This document shows, one piece after another, positions 59,876 through 64,000 of a stretch of DNA of 64,000 nt. Both the position numbers and the translations under genes were made by a program. Position 1 is the first letter of the stretch. Every line of letters starts with the position of its first letter. Origin of the DNA: Tannerellaceae bacterium (lineage in GTDB: Bacteria > Bacteroidota > Bacteroidia > Bacteroidales > CAMTPD01); the NCBI GenBank assembly GCA_051660585.1, contig JBOFPV010000059.1, positions 16,551 to 80,550 of the forward strand, in the 5' to 3' direction. The notes under the pieces were generated by a model. That model had not been told where the DNA came from and ran no database searches. It saw only the letters and a list, made by a program, of their open reading frames with translations.

Positions 59876-61531
59876 TTATTGATACAAGAAGCGTTTGATA
59901 CTACGTTTTGGTGTTTTCTCAAACTCTTCGGTCATGATGCGAACATCTGTGATTCTGCTATATGCCGGCAACTCGTTGTTGAGTGTCTTGATATGAGATT
60001 TCATGTAGTTTTCGGCATCGTCAATATTTACACCTTCGTGTTTCAATAATTCGATATCAGGATAAATTAAAGCGACAAGCTTACCTCCTTTGTCTACAAC
60101 AAGCGACTCTGCTACGCAAGGTAAGTTGTTGATCTTATCTTCGATCTCTTCCGGATAAATGTTTTGTCCCGAAGGTCCAAGGATCATTGTTTTGCTTCTT
60201 CCTTTGATGAATATAAAGCCATCCGGATCTATGATACCCAGGTCTCCGGTTTTCATCCATCCGTCTGCGGTGAAGGTTGCGGCCGTTGCTTCTTGGTTTT
60301 TATAGTAACCAAGCATAACGTTCATCCCGCGTACTTGAATTTCCCCAACTTTATTTGCCGGATCCTCTGAGTTGATACGCACTTCCATGCGGTCTACCAC
60401 CCTTCCGCAAGAACCTTTTTTGAAGGTGTCCCACTGTTCGTATGAGATAAGCGGCCCGCACTCAGTCATTCCATAACCTACTGTGTATCTAAAGTTGATT
60501 GAGCTAAGGAAATCTTCCACGTCTTTATTTAATCCGGCGCCTCCTACAACAATTTCTTCGAAGTTATTGCCGAATGCATTATTTAGTTTGTCTCCAATTA
60601 TTTCGAGTAGTTTCGTATCGATAAATGGAACTTTCATCAACATCTTCATCCAAGGCTTTTCCAATTCCGGGAAAACTTTGTTTTTTACAATCTTTTCAAT
60701 AATAAGCGGAACGGCAAGGATTAATTTCGGGCGAATTGCCGAAAAAGACTCCGCGATAATCTTTGGAGAAGGTGTACGAGTAAGGAAATGTACATGACAC
60801 CCTTTGTTGAACGAGTTGAGAATCTCAAATGCTAAGCCATACATGTGTGCCATTGGAAGCATACATACAATATTAGACCCCGAATCGATAAACTGCAGAT
60901 TGTCTTCTGCAAACTTAGTATTTGACCAGAGACTGCGATAAGGAAGCATTACACCTTTCGCAAATCCGGTTGTTCCTGAAGTGTAGTTCAGAACAGCTAG
61001 TTCATCCGGTTGCTCGATGTGATACTTTACGTTTTCAGGTCTGAAGCTTTTCGGATATTTATGTCCGAATGCTTCATTGATATGATTTAATAAGTCTTGA
61101 ATTCCTTCAATTCGGCTTTTCAGTAATGTGAAGTCGTTAAGTAGCATGAAAACATCAACTTCGGGCATTTGTAATTCATTTAAATTTTCCCAAACACCAT
61201 CGCCCACAAATAAAAACTTTGCTTCAGAGTGGTTGACAATATGATGAATATTGTCAGGTTTAAACTCGTGAAGGATCGGAACGGCAACAGCACCGTATGA
61301 GAGTATGCCAAAGAAAGCAATTGCCCAGTTTGATGAGTTGCGTCCTGCCAAAGCTACTTTGTCACCTTTCTTGATTCCTGCTTTCTCAAGAAGGATATGT
61401 ATCTTTTCGATACGACGAGCTACATCTTTGTAGTGATAAGTAGCTCCTTTGTAGTCTGAAAATGCAGGCAAATCCCAATGGTCTTTAATTCCATTTTCGA
61501 TTAGTCCCAAAAAGCGACATTTACTATCCAT
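59876..61531 (-). CDS. AMP-dependent long-chain acyl-CoA synthetase
   Basis: 551 aa. AMP-binding motif YTSGTTGFAKGV and TGDLG. Confidence 0.88.
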   Translation of the reverse strand: MDSKCRFLGLIENGIKDHWDLPAFSDYKGATYHYKDVARRIEKIHILLEKAGIKKGDKVALAGRNSSNWAIAFFGILSYGAVAVPILHEFKPDNIHHIVNHSEAKFLFVGDGVWENLNELQMPEVDVFMLLNDFTLLKSRIEGIQDLLNHINEAFGHKYPKSFRPENVKYHIEQPDELAVLNYTSGTTGFAKGVMLPYRSLWSNTKFAEDNLQFIDSGSNIVCMLPMAHMYGLAFEILNSFNKGCHVHFLTRTPSPKIIAESFSAIRPKLILAVPLIIEKIVKNKVFPELEKPWMKMLMKVPFIDTKLLEIIGDKLNNAFGNNFEEIVVGGAGLNKDVEDFLSSINFRYTVGYGMTECGPLISYEQWDTFKKGSCGRVVDRMEVRINSEDPANKVGEIQVRGMNVMLGYYKNQEATAATFTADGWMKTGDLGIIDPDGFIFIKGRSKTMILGPSGQNIYPEEIEDKINNLPCVAESLVVDKGGKLVALIYPDIELLKHEGVNIDDAENYMKSHIKTLNNELPAYSRITDVRIMTEEFEKTPKRSIKRFLYQ

Positions 61532-61772
61532 ATTCTATATGATTTAAAAATTCAACATGCAAATTTAACTATTTATATAACAAGTCTCGATGCTTATGTA
61601 GCATGCTATTTGATAAGGTTTGTTGCTGTTTTTAGTATTATTTATATAACATAAGATATGTGTTAGGTTTTGTAATCAATCAAACTGAAAGATTATAAGG
61701 CGTGGTTACTTGCGATTGGTCGATTAAAACTAGTCTTTGGTTGAGAAATGTAGTAAAAAGTAAGATAGGAGA

Positions 61773-61792
61773 TATTCTAGTTAATTAGAATA
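61773..61792. promoter_or_regulatory. 20-bp near-perfect palindrome, candidate operator upstream of umuC
   Basis: TATTCTAGTT/AATTAGAATA (9 of 10 positions symmetric), ending 30 nt upstream of the -7 box. Confidence 0.3.
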
Positions 61793-61822
61793 CATTAAAT
61801 GGGAGCGAACTTTCATTTTATC

Positions 61823-61830
61823 TAAATTTG
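61823..61830 (+). promoter_or_regulatory. -7 box TAAATTTG for umuC
   Basis: Matches TAnnTTTG, 37 nt upstream of the ATG at 61867. It overlaps the tracked start at 61828, which argues for 61867. Confidence 0.5.
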
Positions 61831-61866
61831 CATCTTATTAAAAAGAACTTTATTTACAGCTCTCAA

Positions 61867-63126
61867 ATGGTCGGACTGCTTGATTGTAATAACTTTTATG
61901 TTTCGTGCGAGAGGATGTTTGATCCGTTGTTGCGAAATAAGCCTGTTGTTGTTTTAAGTAATAATGATGGATGTGTTGTTGCTCGCAGTAATGAATCAAA
62001 AACACTTGGCGTACCGATGGGGGTGCCGGTATTTAAAATACGAGAGTTGATCAAACAGCATGATATAAAAGTGCTTTCGTCAAATTATGAATTGTATGGC
62101 GATATGTCGTCGCGAGTAATGACCCTATTGTATGATCACGCTCCTTCGATAGAGGTTTACTCAATCGATGAAGCTTTTATTGATTTGAGCAACGTGGAAG
62201 GAAATGTTTATGAGTTTGTGTCTAATCTAAAGCGAATTGTAGAGCAGTCGGTTGGTATTCCGGTTGGTGTGGGTGTAGGGCAAACTAAAACGTTGGCTAA
62301 ATTGGCAAATGTTTTTGCTAAGAAAAATCCTTCTACGCAGGGCGTTTTCATGCTCGAACAAGATCTTCTACATTATTCCGATGTATGCATGCTTCCTATT
62401 GATGTGATCTGGGGAGTAGGACGTAGGTCGCGTAATTTTCTTCAGAGCAATGGTAAGCATACAGTTGTAGATTATTATAAAGCCTCTCGCTCTTGGATAA
62501 AGAAATATCTTACCGTTATGGGTGAGCGTACTTGGCTCGAACTTCATGGAGAGTCTTGCATTGATACAGATTCAGGAATTGATCAGCGAAAAAGTATATG
62601 TACATCTCGTAGTTTTGGCTCTCCAGTGAAGTTGCTGCAAGAACTAGAAGAGGCATTAGCTTACTTTGCCGATTCTTGTGCTACGAAGTTGAGGCGGCAG
62701 CGTCTGTCGGCTCGTAGTATGTATGTGTTTATCTATACCAATCGATTTGATCAGGATACATATTACAATGGAGGTATTACGGTAAAGTTGCCTGTTGCAA
62801 CGAATGATTCGGCTGAATTAATAAAGTATGCAAGAGAGGCTCTTTCTCGGACTTTTAAAGAAGGATTATGTTATAAGAAAGCTGGAGTTATTGTGTTTGA
62901 TTTGGTATCTGATGCAATAATACAAGGTAATTTGTTTGATCCTATACCTCGAGATAAGCAACGAGCATTGGCAGACGTTGTAGACAAAATAAATAGAGTT
63001 CAAGGAAGAGGAACCATAACATCGGCTCTTCAAGGAAATTTGAGTGGATGGAAGCTGAAACGAGAGAATCTTACACCAGCCTACTCGACAAATATTCATG
63101 AAATAATAACAGTAAAGACAAATTAA
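61867..63126 (+). CDS. umuC: Y-family DNA polymerase (UmuC-like)
   Basis: Starts MVGLLDCNNFYVSCE. Also has SIDEAFIDL and a little-finger C-terminus. Confidence 0.9.
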   Translation: MVGLLDCNNFYVSCERMFDPLLRNKPVVVLSNNDGCVVARSNESKTLGVPMGVPVFKIRELIKQHDIKVLSSNYELYGDMSSRVMTLLYDHAPSIEVYSIDEAFIDLSNVEGNVYEFVSNLKRIVEQSVGIPVGVGVGQTKTLAKLANVFAKKNPSTQGVFMLEQDLLHYSDVCMLPIDVIWGVGRRSRNFLQSNGKHTVVDYYKASRSWIKKYLTVMGERTWLELHGESCIDTDSGIDQRKSICTSRSFGSPVKLLQELEEALAYFADSCATKLRRQRLSARSMYVFIYTNRFDQDTYYNGGITVKLPVATNDSAELIKYAREALSRTFKEGLCYKKAGVIVFDLVSDAIIQGNLFDPIPRDKQRALADVVDKINRVQGRGTITSALQGNLSGWKLKRENLTPAYSTNIHEIITVKTN

Positions 63127-63132
63127 TCACAA

Positions 63133-64000
63133 ATGCAGGAACAATTAAAACATCAACCCAATCCTTGGGCACTAATACCCTTATTGGTATTCTTAGTGTC
63201 GTATGTTGTAATATCAATTATTGCACAAGACTTTTATAAAATGCCTATTACGGTAGCGTTCGGACTTTCTTCTATCGTAGCAATTCTGATGTCGAAGGGT
63301 GGCAAGTTGGCTCAACGAATTGAGTTGTTTTGTAAAGGCGCGGCAAATCATAACATCATGTTGATGATTATGATCTTTATTCTAGCTGGAGCTTTTGCTC
63401 AAACAGCTAAAAGTATGGGTGCTATTGATGCAACTGTAAATCTTGCATTATCTATATTGCCTGAACAATTGTTGGCTGCCGGTATTTTTATAGCTGCTTG
63501 TTTTATATCAATTTCTGTAGGTACCTCTGTGGGTACAATTGTTGCTTTGGCTCCGGTTGCGGTAGGGATTGCTTCTAAAACAGATCTTAATACTGCTCTT
63601 ATGGTAGGAGTTGTAGTGAGTGGAGCTATGTTTGGAGATAACTTATCATTTATTTCCGATACCACAATTGTAGCTACACGAACTCAAGGCTGTAAAATGG
63701 CCGATAAGTTTAAGGTAAATATTCGTATTGCTTTGCCTATTGCAATCATCGTGACATTGCTTTACATATTTATTGGTCAAAGCATGAACACAACCTATCA
63801 GACTGGCCCTATTGAGTGGATCAAAGTTGTTCCGTATTTGGCGGTATTGATTGGTGCTGTAGCCGGAGTTAATGTGTTAGCTGTATTGGTTATGGGTATC
63901 TTATTATCGGGAACAGTCGGATTGATTACAGGTAGTTTTTCTTTATGGGACTGGACTGCGGCAATGGGATCTGGTATAAATGGTATGGGTGAGTTGATCA
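63133..64000 (+). CDS. nhaC: NhaC-family Na+/H+ antiporter, N-terminal part (continues beyond the window)
   Basis: Open frame from the ATG at 63133 to the window end, with no stop. Polytopic (ILAGAFAQTAKSMGAID..., GAMFGDNLSFISDTT). Absent from the ORF track because it is open-ended. Confidence 0.75.
   Translation, partial: MQEQLKHQPNPWALIPLLVFLVSYVVISIIAQDFYKMPITVAFGLSSIVAILMSKGGKLAQRIELFCKGAANHNIMLMIMIFILAGAFAQTAKSMGAIDATVNLALSILPEQLLAAGIFIAACFISISVGTSVGTIVALAPVAVGIASKTDLNTALMVGVVVSGAMFGDNLSFISDTTIVATRTQGCKMADKFKVNIRIALPIAIIVTLLYIFIGQSMNTTYQTGPIEWIKVVPYLAVLIGAVAGVNVLAVLVMGILLSGTVGLITGSFSLWDWTAAMGSGINGMGELI

Overview
This window looks like core chromosome of a Bacteroidota (Bacteroidales-like) organism. 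The lineage call rests on three things: a SusC/SusD pair driven by an ECF sigma/FecR anti-sigma pair, repeated TAnnTTTG -7 promoter boxes 35-55 nt upstream of start codons, and a short RpoD. I read about 58 protein genes. They include gap, the Na+-pumping methylmalonyl-CoA decarboxylase operon (mce-mmdA-delta-mmdC-mmdB), kdsC, maf, a GH20 hexosaminidase, pepT-gcvT, gpmA, ribE, htrA, rpoD, fused feoAB, an OmpR-type two-component system, a paaK-ACT-ABC cluster, an orphan umuC and several glycosyltransferases. The ORF track cannot show four RNA genes: RNase P RNA (rnpB, minus, about 47318-47690), tRNA-Thr(UGU), tRNA-Ser(UGA), and a probable SRP RNA directly abutting tRNA-Thr. I saw no integrase, transposase, CRISPR/cas, phage or recognisable defence genes, so I cannot point to a clear novel multi-gene system. 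The most unusual structure is a pair of mutually inverted arrays of four palindromic hairpin units with roughly 45-bp spacing (12237-12435 and 50592-50776). They resemble REP/BIME elements and bracket 38 kb of housekeeping genes. Secondary curiosities are a PurF-family protein lacking the N-terminal catalytic Cys, a lamin-tail-domain/OadG fusion inside the mmd operon, a membrane-anchored LamG-AraC regulator, rnpB ending 18 nt before yihY, and a paaK-ACT module followed by an ABC importer with a fused permease-ATPase. All protein calls come from motif recognition by eye in the supplied translations. No database search or RNA covariance model was run, and RNA, promoter and terminator boundaries are approximate.
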